From the IMG/VR virus record IMGVR_UViG_3300009506_000015, positions 1 to 64,000 of that record: a stretch of 64,000 nucleotides of DNA; one strand, given 5' to 3'. This stretch comes from a virus. The translations under genes were made by a program, and so were the position numbers. Position 1 is the stretch's first letter. The number at the start of each line of letters is the position of its first letter. The notes below the pieces were generated by a model. That model was given only the letters and a program-made list of their open reading frames with translations, was not told the DNA's origin and searched no databases. Below are positions 55,135 to 64,000 of this stretch, piece by piece.

Positions 55135-55729
55135 TTGCGTTGTCGTACTCAGTAACCACAGAACCGGGAGCAGCGCGTTGGCTGGCGCACTATACCACCT
55201 CGGTGTGTATATGGGCGACCCAAGGCACATCACGAAAGAAGGTACGAACTTCGAAGCATACGATCTGTATCAAGAACACGTCAAGATGATGCCCGTGTGG
55301 ACGCACCCAGAATATCTGACAATGGATGACGTGTACCCGCCCGAGAGCTACGTGGAACTTGTGCGCAAGCGGGAGCGGCGCAAGCTGTGGGGCGTCAAAG
55401 ACCCGCGACTGTGCTTCCTGTTCCCGGTATTCCTGAGTGCCCTGTCGGAAAAGACTAAGGAAGTCAAGGTTATCTCTATGGAAAGGTCGCTAGAGGCGTC
55501 CGTACAGAGCCTCGTTGCCCGTGACGGGCTGGACTTTGACGAAGCGAGGCGCATCATCGTAGCCTACGAGAACGCAAGGTCGGGTATGCTGGAACTGTAT
55601 GGACCTCATTTCCAAATGCTGGCCGTGTACTATAGCGACCTGCGTGATAACCCGAGGAGGCAAGTTACCAGGATTGCCGATTTCCTTGGCGTGGAGGTTA
55701 CTGACGAAGCGGTAGATCACATCAAATGA
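55127..55729 (+). CDS. Sulfotransferase-family protein
   Basis: HRTGSSALA (PAPS 5'-PSB loop), WGVKDPR, R..EASVQSL, Y.DL..NP. Confidence 0.8.
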   Translation: MGDCVVVLSNHRTGSSALAGALYHLGVYMGDPRHITKEGTNFEAYDLYQEHVKMMPVWTHPEYLTMDDVYPPESYVELVRKRERRKLWGVKDPRLCFLFPVFLSALSEKTKEVKVISMERSLEASVQSLVARDGLDFDEARRIIVAYENARSGMLELYGPHFQMLAVYYSDLRDNPRRQVTRIADFLGVEVTDEAVDHIK

Positions 55730-56466
55730 AGATAGTCACCTACTGTATAACCTTTCCAGACGAAGCAGACATCCTGCCGAACATGATAGCCCAGGCGAGC
55801 AAGCTGGGCGACGTATGGCTGTTCGACGGCGGTAGGGTGGGCAGTCATTGCCAGAACAACAAGCGTGCGCCATCTGGCATTATGATAACCGACGACGGTC
55901 TACAGTATGCACCCGAGGATATCGAAATACCGGATGATGCTATACAGAAGATAGAAGGGTGCAGGTATACCTCCCTGCCCTGGCCTGGAAGCCCTGGCAA
56001 GCAGCGCAATGCTGCGCTGGACATAATGGGTAACGAGTACGACTGGATCATCCAGAACGACAGTGACGAGGTGTGGACCGACCAGGCAGTAGAAATGATT
56101 CCCAAACTGCTAGGTGAAGTGAGTCATAACATAACAAACATCCTGGTAAAGATGCTCCATCTAGTCAAAGACGAGGACCATTACTGGCGCAGACACTACA
56201 GGCACTTGGTACACGCGAGGATACACAGGCCGGGTTCTGCCAGGTGGGTCGAGGGCTGGCATGAACATCAGAACTACACAGGACAGAGGATGTCAACAGA
56301 CATGGTCTTGCTGCACACGAAGCACCTGTTCGTGAACAGGCTACAGAGGTTCTACGGTAAGGGGCTGGAAATGTGGGGCGACCTGGACTACACGCCGCTG
56401 CCGCCAGGGAGGTTCGGTCTGACGTGGCCAGATATGGTGTACCCCAGGGAGGACAGACATACGTAA
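55726..56466 (+). CDS. GT2-like glycosyltransferase
   Basis: DGG, KQRN.AL, DWIIQNDSDE, W..WHE. Confidence 0.75.
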   Translation: MKIVTYCITFPDEADILPNMIAQASKLGDVWLFDGGRVGSHCQNNKRAPSGIMITDDGLQYAPEDIEIPDDAIQKIEGCRYTSLPWPGSPGKQRNAALDIMGNEYDWIIQNDSDEVWTDQAVEMIPKLLGEVSHNITNILVKMLHLVKDEDHYWRRHYRHLVHARIHRPGSARWVEGWHEHQNYTGQRMSTDMVLLHTKHLFVNRLQRFYGKGLEMWGDLDYTPLPPGRFGLTWPDMVYPREDRHT

Positions 56467-57178
56467 GCGGGTCGGGTTCGCCGTAGACAATGTGGACGAC
56501 GTTGTGCGCAGATATATGACCGCCGCCGGTACTGACAAGGCGATCACGGGCGAGCACTGTGGTACGTGGCGTGATTTCCATGCCTGGACATACAACCGAT
56601 ACTGGAAGCGCCTGAAGGTTGTGGTCGTGATGTCCAACCGTTTTGTGCCGTATCTCGAGTATGAACGACACAAGACTGGCATAAGGTTCGTCGCTCTTGA
56701 TACATACGAACGCGTATTCGGCTTCGAGTTTGATAGGCGTCTATCGGCGCACGACGTCGGGTGGGGCGTGGACACGGAGCAATATGACTCTGTAGTGAAT
56801 ACCAGGCCGTGGTCTAGAAGTCCGGTATTCTTCTTTGCGAATGGTATGAATGACCTCGCCAATGATATTGTCGCCCTGGGGTATGACGTCACGGACCAGA
56901 TGGTACTCGGAAACGTAGCGGTCATACAGGACGCGGAAGTAGTACCGATGAACATATACGCCGCTGCCGCCGCTGGCATGGCCGTTGTTACTACGGAGAG
57001 GAACGCCAGGTGGCTGGACGCTGTAGTTGACTTTGGCGTATACACAGAGGATGGGGCCGCTGGAATAGTGAAGGCGGTGGCGGGGGCAGACTACAAATTC
57101 GCTGGCATGATGTCTAGGGACATAGTCCCGAGCATGGACGACTTTGAAAATAGGTTCAAAAACCTATTGATGTTTTAG
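56459..57178 (+). CDS. Degenerate GT-B-like protein, possible ATA start
   Basis: GVDTEQY, AAAAGMAVVTT; GGAGG RBS 6 nt before in-frame ATA at 56459 (ORF track start 56492). Confidence 0.5.
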   Translation: MRKRVGFAVDNVDDVVRRYMTAAGTDKAITGEHCGTWRDFHAWTYNRYWKRLKVVVVMSNRFVPYLEYERHKTGIRFVALDTYERVFGFEFDRRLSAHDVGWGVDTEQYDSVVNTRPWSRSPVFFFANGMNDLANDIVALGYDVTDQMVLGNVAVIQDAEVVPMNIYAAAAAGMAVVTTERNARWLDAVVDFGVYTEDGAAGIVKAVAGADYKFAGMMSRDIVPSMDDFENRFKNLLMF

Positions 57179-57213
57179 ACATCGTATGGTATATTTGTTT
57201 CAGGAGATGAGAT

Positions 57214-57672
57214 ATGACAGACTACTTTGAAGTTATCCACCCGCTAGAACTCAGGGACGCCGATGGCGACGAAGTGAACGCGTCCCTTCTGAGGAAGTGG
57301 TCGGACCAGGGCGATGGGTCGCACTCACCTGCCAGCTCCGGTTCGTCCAGTGCGGTGCAGATGAATTCGGCAGATACAGCCACGGCTGCGGCAGACACGG
57401 CGGTGGCGATCACATACGCCGCCACTGCCAGCGTCGCGCACAAGTTCAGGAAGCTCGTATGGTCGTACAGTGAAGACCCGACTGGCGGTGCGCTGACCAT
57501 TACCGATGGCGGGACCACCGTGTTTCAGATCAATATCACGGCTGGTGGGCCTGGGTTCATACCGCTGGATGACATGAAGTTCACATCCAATTCCGCTGTC
57601 GTGGTGACACTAGCCGCAGGTGGCGGGACTTGCGTTGGTATGCTGAATGTGATTGGTAAGTCCACGGAATAG
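57214..57672 (+). CDS. Putative virion decoration protein
   Basis: AGGAG RBS; Ala/Thr/Gly-rich beta protein. Confidence 0.5.
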   Translation: MTDYFEVIHPLELRDADGDEVNASLLRKWSDQGDGSHSPASSGSSSAVQMNSADTATAAADTAVAITYAATASVAHKFRKLVWSYSEDPTGGALTITDGGTTVFQINITAGGPGFIPLDDMKFTSNSAVVVTLAAGGGTCVGMLNVIGKSTE

Positions 57673-57676
57673 GGCT

Positions 57677-59467
57677 ATGGGACTAGGTGGCATTAGTGCG
57701 CTGTCTGGTTTGTCCGGCGTCGTTGGTGCGTCTCCTGGCGAACCAGCCACAAGGCTGGTGGTATCTATAGACAACTCCGCTGGTGGAGATTTGGTAGATT
57801 ACCAGATAAGTGCAACCATACCATTCACAGAAGGCATGGAGGCAGACTTCTCTGATGTCAGATTCAGAGACACAAATGGTTCCACTCTCCTTGACTTTTG
57901 GATAGAGTCGTACACAGAGAGCACTTCTGCGCTCGTGTGGGTCAAGGTTCCAAGCATAGGCGCAAGTTCCTCAAAGACTATCTATGCGTACTATGGGGAC
58001 TCTGAGGCTGAAGGTGGTAGTGATATATGCGCCACGTTTGTTTTTGGTGATGATTTCAACCGCACAAATCTAAACCCGACTTGGACAAAGAGCGCGTCTA
58101 ACCCACTTACTGCCGCTGGATATGGCGATCCTGGTGTGTTCTATGAGTCAGAGACTTTCTACATATTTGTAGATAACTTCTCAACTGGCAACATCGATCT
58201 ACTAACTTCCAGTGACGGAACGACACTATCGAGCCAGGGTTCGGTTTTAGACAAAGGTTCTGAGGGCGCATGGGACGACTACTTTGTCCGTGATCCAAGT
58301 ATCGTAAAGATAGGCAGCACGTACCATATGTGGTTTGCAGGCCAGACCGACGCGGAGGGTGGTACGACGACCCACAAAATTGGACATGCTACTGCGCCAG
58401 CTATAACTGGTCCGTGGACTAAAGATGCAAGCAACCCTATAATAGACCGTAGCGGGGATGGATACGGCTGTAACGAACCATGCGTTGTCTATGATCCAGA
58501 CGACGATGGATACGAGTATAAGATGCTGTACACCTATGGGACGTTTGATAAGGGCGACGTCGGCGCTGAAAACATAGGGTATGCGTATTCATCTGATGGA
58601 TCGTCATTCACACTATACGGCCAGGTTATGGATTTTGGCGATATGCAGGACCAGTTTGTTGTCAAGGAGGGCAAGGTTTATACCTGTCTTGTTGACAACT
58701 CCTCTGCCGCTGTGCTCAGGACTATATCGAAGGACTTCATAAATTGGTTAGCGACTACAACCATCGGTGGTATTCCTGAGGGCGGAATCGGTGAGTACGA
58801 TCACGACGGGGTATATGCTCCTTGCGTTGTTCTTGTAGACGGAACATACTACTGCTACTATCAATCTGCGGATGCTGGCGACCACACTATATCTCTAGCA
58901 ACAACGACAGACCCTCTGAATATGGCAAATTGGGTTAACTACGTTGCAAACCTGTTTACGATTAGTGATAACAGGATGTATAAGTCGTTAGTATCTACTG
59001 GGAGCTGGCGCTCGTCAAAGATTGGGTGGGGGTTCGACCCTCCGTATATTGTCGAGTGTGAGATAGAGTTTCAGTACCAAGATGACGGTGCATACCACGC
59101 TGGCATATCAATCGGTGATATTTCCGGTTATCATGTTATAGTCATCTTCGACGTTAACTCAGACGTTACCGCCATAGCTCTGACGCAGTATCCAGATTAT
59201 GGTAGCGGCGGGTCGTCTCTTGGAACATCTACAGATGTGTCTCTATCTCTATCTACCGTGTATAAGATTCGCGCAATCGTGACTTCGTCCTCGGTGCAGG
59301 TCGATCTATATGATGGAAGCTGGCATACAAACATTCTGAGTAGCGAACAATCTATGCTGACAGGGTATCCAGCGGGATATGGATATAACAACGATAATGA
59401 ATTTTTCATTGACAACTTCCGTATCCGTAAGTATGCCAGCACGGAACCATCCGTAGAGGTGAGTTAA
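57677..59467 (+). CDS. DUF2341 domain plus five-bladed propeller glycoside hydrolase-like domain (GH32/43/130-like), probably virion-associated
   Basis: DFSDVRF...FWIE...VWVKVP...YYG...FGDDF; GAWDD..VRDPSI, NPII, YAPCVV. Confidence 0.7.
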   Translation: MGLGGISALSGLSGVVGASPGEPATRLVVSIDNSAGGDLVDYQISATIPFTEGMEADFSDVRFRDTNGSTLLDFWIESYTESTSALVWVKVPSIGASSSKTIYAYYGDSEAEGGSDICATFVFGDDFNRTNLNPTWTKSASNPLTAAGYGDPGVFYESETFYIFVDNFSTGNIDLLTSSDGTTLSSQGSVLDKGSEGAWDDYFVRDPSIVKIGSTYHMWFAGQTDAEGGTTTHKIGHATAPAITGPWTKDASNPIIDRSGDGYGCNEPCVVYDPDDDGYEYKMLYTYGTFDKGDVGAENIGYAYSSDGSSFTLYGQVMDFGDMQDQFVVKEGKVYTCLVDNSSAAVLRTISKDFINWLATTTIGGIPEGGIGEYDHDGVYAPCVVLVDGTYYCYYQSADAGDHTISLATTTDPLNMANWVNYVANLFTISDNRMYKSLVSTGSWRSSKIGWGFDPPYIVECEIEFQYQDDGAYHAGISIGDISGYHVIVIFDVNSDVTAIALTQYPDYGSGGSSLGTSTDVSLSLSTVYKIRAIVTSSSVQVDLYDGSWHTNILSSEQSMLTGYPAGYGYNNDNEFFIDNFRIRKYASTEPSVEVS

Positions 59468-59469
59468 TT

Positions 59470-61464
59470 ATGGGCCTGACTGGTCTATCTGGTCTATCGG
59501 GGATAAGTGGTGCGTTCGGCGGCTCCGAATGGACGCCACTAAGCCTTGGCAGCAGTTTGGTTCTATGGCTATCTGCTGAGGATGTTGGCGGTTCAGATGG
59601 TAGTGTTATAAGTGCCTGGGTATCTAGGGAAGGCAACAGCTACCTCTTTCATCAGAACAACCTGTCCAAACAGCCCGTCCTCAAGACTGGTGCGAATGGC
59701 ATCAACGGGTACAGTGTTGTCAGATTTGACGGTTCTGATGACTTGTTGGCCTACAACGGCACACTGACGACGGCAACCGATGGGGTAGTCGTTGCCCTTA
59801 TCAGGCTGTCATCTGGCTTTGCCGCATATCAGACCGTGTTGGCGTCGTGTGATGTGGGTGCCTCAACAAGATACTTCGCCCTGCGTGCCTATGAGGACAT
59901 AGACCCACGGTTTGCTATATCCATTGCACAGCGGGATAACGACACTGCCGAAGATATGTACGGGAACTCCGAGGTAACCAGCGACGTTCCGTATGTAATG
60001 TCGTGGATCAGCACCGGGACCGAATACCGTATGCGACACAATGGCGTTGAGCAATCTGTGAATATCCAGGCTGGCGCTAACAATGGCGACTGGTTCGGTG
60101 ACACGACACAGAGGGACACTGTCACATTGGGAGCCTTACAGCGAAACACTGAAGCCCAATTCCTGAAGGGTGATATATGCGAACTGGTTATATGCGCACC
60201 GAATATTTCAAGCGCAGACCTCTCCAGGCTAGAACAGTACATGTCCGAACGTGGAGATGTCGTACTTGGTGGGTGGGAGTTGGCAAGTGGCGCAGAGGGA
60301 GCGTCCGGTTCTTGGTGCTGGTTTGCACAGCCACGAGCAGTAGTGAGTGGTGGCAAGACCTATGCTGGATGGGCGACGCCAACAGGCAAAGTTGTGTATT
60401 CAGCGATTGAAGCTGGTGAGTCGCCGTCCAGCCCATACGTCCTGCACGACTTCAGCGCACCCGATGACCATATGAACCCTGCGTTCTTTGTACGTGCCGA
60501 TGGGACGCTGTTCGCTTTCTACTCCGACCACTCGGGTGGCGCTCTGTACATCATGGAATCCGTCAGGCCATACGAGGGTGTGTGGCTCAAGGAAATCGAC
60601 CTAGACAGCCAGCTAGAGGAAGCCAACTATACATACCCGCACCCCATACAACTGACCGGGGAGACGAACGATCCGATCTACCTGTTCTACAGGTCTGCTG
60701 ACTCTGGTACGTCTGGCGAAGGGTGTCACTTTTCTACATCGGAAGACGGGGGCGTGACGTGGGCTACCAGCCAGGCGCTACTGACGAATGGCGACGAGCG
60801 ACCGTACTTCGTAGTGGCCCAGAACGGCGATGACAGGATCGATATCGCCATCAACGACGGGCACCCCACCAGTGTCACAACGAACTGCACGTATCACGGC
60901 TATATCACCGGCGGCAACCTGTACAAATCGGACGGCACACTGGTTGGGGCTATCGGTTCAGGACCATACTCACCGAGTGACCTAACCCTGGTATACGATG
61001 GCACTACATACAGGTCTTGGGTCTGGGACATAGCCATAGACGACAGCGGCTATCCGGTCATAGCCTACGCCGACTTTGTATCCACTACCGACCACCGCTA
61101 TAGATACGCGAGGTGGACTGGTTCCGCCTGGGACGACCATGAGATTGTTGCTGCTGGCGGGACTATTTATCCAGTTGCGGGATCGCAGGATTATTATAGT
61201 GGCGGCATTAGCATAGACAGGGCCGACACGTCAATCGTGTACCTATCGCGTGAGGTGAGTGGAGTGCATGAAGTATACAAGTACACGACTTCCGATGGTG
61301 GTACGAACTGGTCGGCGGTTGCGATAACGTCGGGTTCGGAGAATGGCAACTACCGACCATTCGTCCCGTACAATGCCATTGAGGACTCCCCGATGTTCTA
61401 CATGGCCGGGGTGTACACGACATACGAAGATTTTGCGACAGAGATCACGGCATATCTGCCGTAG
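59470..61464 (+). CDS. LamG-like plus BNR-repeat (BNR_4) carbohydrate-active protein
   Basis: VRFDGSDD; WCWFAQPRA, DDHMNP, YTYP, SEDGGVTW, SDGGTNW. Confidence 0.7.
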   Translation: MGLTGLSGLSGISGAFGGSEWTPLSLGSSLVLWLSAEDVGGSDGSVISAWVSREGNSYLFHQNNLSKQPVLKTGANGINGYSVVRFDGSDDLLAYNGTLTTATDGVVVALIRLSSGFAAYQTVLASCDVGASTRYFALRAYEDIDPRFAISIAQRDNDTAEDMYGNSEVTSDVPYVMSWISTGTEYRMRHNGVEQSVNIQAGANNGDWFGDTTQRDTVTLGALQRNTEAQFLKGDICELVICAPNISSADLSRLEQYMSERGDVVLGGWELASGAEGASGSWCWFAQPRAVVSGGKTYAGWATPTGKVVYSAIEAGESPSSPYVLHDFSAPDDHMNPAFFVRADGTLFAFYSDHSGGALYIMESVRPYEGVWLKEIDLDSQLEEANYTYPHPIQLTGETNDPIYLFYRSADSGTSGEGCHFSTSEDGGVTWATSQALLTNGDERPYFVVAQNGDDRIDIAINDGHPTSVTTNCTYHGYITGGNLYKSDGTLVGAIGSGPYSPSDLTLVYDGTTYRSWVWDIAIDDSGYPVIAYADFVSTTDHRYRYARWTGSAWDDHEIVAAGGTIYPVAGSQDYYSGGISIDRADTSIVYLSREVSGVHEVYKYTTSDGGTNWSAVAITSGSENGNYRPFVPYNAIEDSPMFYMAGVYTTYEDFATEITAYLP

Positions 61465-61472
61465 GAGGGAAA

Positions 61473-63032
61473 GTGCTAGAGATTCACACCATACCCCATC
61501 ACCATTGGGGCACTGACAGGAATTGGTTTGCCGAAGTTCGTTCCGCCGGAGGTGAACACTTCCACAAGGTAGTGTGGGGCGGGCTGCCACCGTATGCAGA
61601 TGACATGCCAGCGGGGTCTATCTACGTGTACCGCAACTATGACTTCGATGACCCAGACCAGCCTTACCGCAGGATGATGGCTACGGACCCGCTAGGGCTG
61701 GCGGACCTGCACGTCCAATCCAGCGTCAAATCGTCTGCGTGGCTTGAAGCGCATGGCGTGTCCAAGGACCACCAGCTATTCACCAGCGTAAATGAGCCGC
61801 ACATCTGGAGCGACGAAACTCCGCACAACGTCGCCGTATACGGGGCGCGGTTCCTTAATGGCCTGCACGCTCACGGTCTTCATGGTGGCTGGCCAGAGTT
61901 GAGCGTAGGGTGGCCTGGGAACGGCAGAAACGCCTCGCTAGGCAATCCTGGCAGCAAAGACCCGCCACACTGGGCGTGGGCGCAGCCAGCCATAGAAGCG
62001 ATGAACGACGGTGACTACCTTACAGTCCACGAATACTGGGCCGATGGTGGCGCACGTGAAATGTGGGGCTGGTGGGGTGGTCGCGTACTGCAATGCCCGT
62101 ATCACGTCAGGATTCTCGTCACCGAGACAGGCATCGACATGGGCGTAAAGTACCCGCAGCTAGACGTCTATAAGGGCTGGCTGGCGCTACCAGGGACTAC
62201 GGACGAGAAGGCGCGACGCTACACCGACGAACTGTGGGACTACATGGGCCTTATGGCCGAGGATTCACGGGTGCGGGGCGTGTTCCCGTTCACGTATGAT
62301 GGCGCGGGGGACAAATGGGCATGGTTCGAACAGCGGAACGAACAACTACAGGCCGCTCACAGGCGAAAGTGGGCGCTGGAAGGCATACCACATCCTAGAC
62401 CGTACAACCCTGGCGACGATCCTGACCCGCCGCCGACGTGGCCGCCTGACCCAGACCCGCTGCCAGAACCAGAGTTCGCGGTAGAATATGTGGTAGGTGG
62501 CCCATACATTGTTGGGAGCTACCCGCAGAAGGGCGCGATGCTGGTCCTGCGCGACCCGTGGGGCAACACTACGCACTGTACGGCGGGTGACAAACCAGAG
62601 TATGGGCCTGGAGGGTTCCTGTTCACAGCCATTCCTGGGTATGCATCTACCATCGTGGCTGGCGGGCAGGACTACAGAGTGGAGGTGAAGCCTGGAAATA
62701 CATCTAAGGTAACATTCGGCACTATCCCAGACCCGATAGAACCGCCACCAGACCCGGACCCAGACCCCGAACCTGGAGAGTACCACATCGAATACGCCCC
62801 AGGTCTGCCACTTGTCGTTGGCAACTACACAAGGGCTGGCGCTGATATGCTGTTACGTGACCCGTGGGGCAACGAGCAGCGCGTCAGGTCTGGAAGCAAG
62901 CCAGAGTATGGTAGCGGTGGATTCGAGTTCATTGGGATTGTCGGTGGGCAAGTCTACACACTGATCGTAGATGATGTAGTATGGCCCGTAGAGACAATGG
63001 CTGGCATGATAGCCACAATAAAGTGGTCCTAG
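61473..63032 (+). CDS. Putative endolysin: clan GH-A-like barrel plus two repeated C-terminal domains
   Basis: NEP, HEYW, TETG motifs; Pro/Asp linkers; adjacent to holin. Confidence 0.6.
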   Translation: MLEIHTIPHHHWGTDRNWFAEVRSAGGEHFHKVVWGGLPPYADDMPAGSIYVYRNYDFDDPDQPYRRMMATDPLGLADLHVQSSVKSSAWLEAHGVSKDHQLFTSVNEPHIWSDETPHNVAVYGARFLNGLHAHGLHGGWPELSVGWPGNGRNASLGNPGSKDPPHWAWAQPAIEAMNDGDYLTVHEYWADGGAREMWGWWGGRVLQCPYHVRILVTETGIDMGVKYPQLDVYKGWLALPGTTDEKARRYTDELWDYMGLMAEDSRVRGVFPFTYDGAGDKWAWFEQRNEQLQAAHRRKWALEGIPHPRPYNPGDDPDPPPTWPPDPDPLPEPEFAVEYVVGGPYIVGSYPQKGAMLVLRDPWGNTTHCTAGDKPEYGPGGFLFTAIPGYASTIVAGGQDYRVEVKPGNTSKVTFGTIPDPIEPPPDPDPDPEPGEYHIEYAPGLPLVVGNYTRAGADMLLRDPWGNEQRVRSGSKPEYGSGGFEFIGIVGGQVYTLIVDDVVWPVETMAGMIATIKWS

Positions 63033-63035
63033 CTA

Positions 63036-63064
63036 TTGACAAATTTATAGACTTAACATATAAT
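63036..63064 (+). promoter_or_regulatory. Consensus sigma70 promoter for holin and head genes
   Basis: TTGACA-17-TATAAT. Confidence 0.8.
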
Positions 63065-63084
63065 CCACTTAGGAGGAGCAAAAA

Positions 63085-63381
63085 ATGGGTGGTTTGCCTG
63101 ATTGGTCAGCGTATGGAACACCGGCGCTCGTATGGCTAGTTGCAACGATCAACTACCTGAAGGAAAATTTCGGGCTGGAAACGAAGTATGCCCTTCCGGT
63201 GGCGGTTGCTATTTCCGCCGCGATTGGCACTGCTCTGTATTTTGGGCAGATGTATAAGGTCGTAATGGACGTCACTAATATCGTTCTAGGGGCGGTCCTA
63301 TTAGGGTTTGCGGCGACCGGATACTACAGCGGCACGAAGAAGAATGTTGAAACCAGGAACGGATCGAAGACAGAGGAATAA
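63085..63381 (+). CDS. Holin
   Basis: AGGAG RBS; 2-3 TM segments; G.AATG.Y motif; charged tail. Confidence 0.7.
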   Translation: MGGLPDWSAYGTPALVWLVATINYLKENFGLETKYALPVAVAISAAIGTALYFGQMYKVVMDVTNIVLGAVLLGFAATGYYSGTKKNVETRNGSKTEE

Positions 63382-63384
63382 ATC

Positions 63385-64000
63385 ATGCCCTACCCAGGTG
63401 TGCCTAAAGATAAATGGCCAGCTATGGAAGAGTGTGTGGCTGGCATTATGAAGGACCACGAAGGGGAGAAAGATTTTGACAAGGGCAACGCGATTGCCAT
63501 TTGTCACAATAGGATCATGGGCGAATTTGTAGTGGAGATCGTAGAAGACCCGACGTCGATCAATGAGGCGCTCGGTGCAAACTACATGCCAGGCGAACTA
63601 TTGCGGTTCGAAGGTATGGAGCTGGCCCACGTCGGTACTAACGCCAATCAAGACGAGTACAACGACGACAATATAGGCGAACTCGCGTCCACGCTACCTT
63701 TAATGCCGATCACTGACGAACATGGGCGCGATAGGGTTGTCGGTGTGTTCACGGCTGCGAAGAAGACTGGCGATGGCGCTCTATCGACAGATGGGCTTGT
63801 GTACGCAAGACGCTTCCCAGAAGTGGCCCAGGACATCCTAGAAGGCATCAAGAGGCCATCTGTGGAGGCGTATGCAGATGTGGCGATGTGTTCTATCTGC
63901 GGCGAGGAGTTCATCACCGCGAAGGACTACTGCAACCACCTGCGAGATAGGCGGGGGAGCGGCGCATCGCGCCGCTTTAAGAATATGCACGCTGTTGGTG
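63385..64000 (+). CDS. Probable prohead protease/scaffold, 3' truncated (not in ORF track)
   Basis: Open to the window end: MPYPG...AIAIC...NANQD...PITDEH...VVG...PSVE...CSICG...YCNHL. Confidence 0.6.
   Translation, partial: MPYPGVPKDKWPAMEECVAGIMKDHEGEKDFDKGNAIAICHNRIMGEFVVEIVEDPTSINEALGANYMPGELLRFEGMELAHVGTNANQDEYNDDNIGELASTLPLMPITDEHGRDRVVGVFTAAKKTGDGALSTDGLVYARRFPEVAQDILEGIKRPSVEAYADVAMCSICGEEFITAKDYCNHLRDRRGSGASRRFKNMHAVG

Noticed and set aside
1-64000. Integrated prophage or stop-codon reassignment
   Set aside because: No integrase, att site or host genes; long genes are intact in the standard code and there is no suppressor tRNA

Overview
The window is most of a tailed dsDNA phage genome (Caudoviricetes). 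No host genes, integrase or att site are visible. Layout: tail genes on + (1-7601); a long - strand arm (7612-41048) with recombination/replication genes, three tRNAs, tRNA-like and other structured non-coding elements, many small ORFs and an AAA+ ATPase; then on + the terminase, a portal-MuF fusion, a ~10 kb glycan synthesis cluster, carbohydrate-active virion proteins, lysis genes and the start of a probable prohead protease. Capsid and tail tube genes are probably outside the window. The main candidate for a new system is a phage-encoded ubiquitin-like conjugation operon (Ubl, E2, JAB, E1; 12490-15188). Its Ubl gene shares a promoter class and a 17/18-nt leader with the distant AAA+ ATPase gene, which suggests a phage tag-and-unfold pathway. 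Other notable items: two tandem tRNA-like RNAs with expanded anticodon arms, a pseudoknotted RNA candidate, two sRNA candidates (one with a 16S-like anti-Shine-Dalgarno tract), early genes enclosed by long inverted repeats, and a tRNA-Ile(UAU) matching heavy ATA use in structural genes. All calls come from reading motifs by eye; no database searches or folding programs were run.
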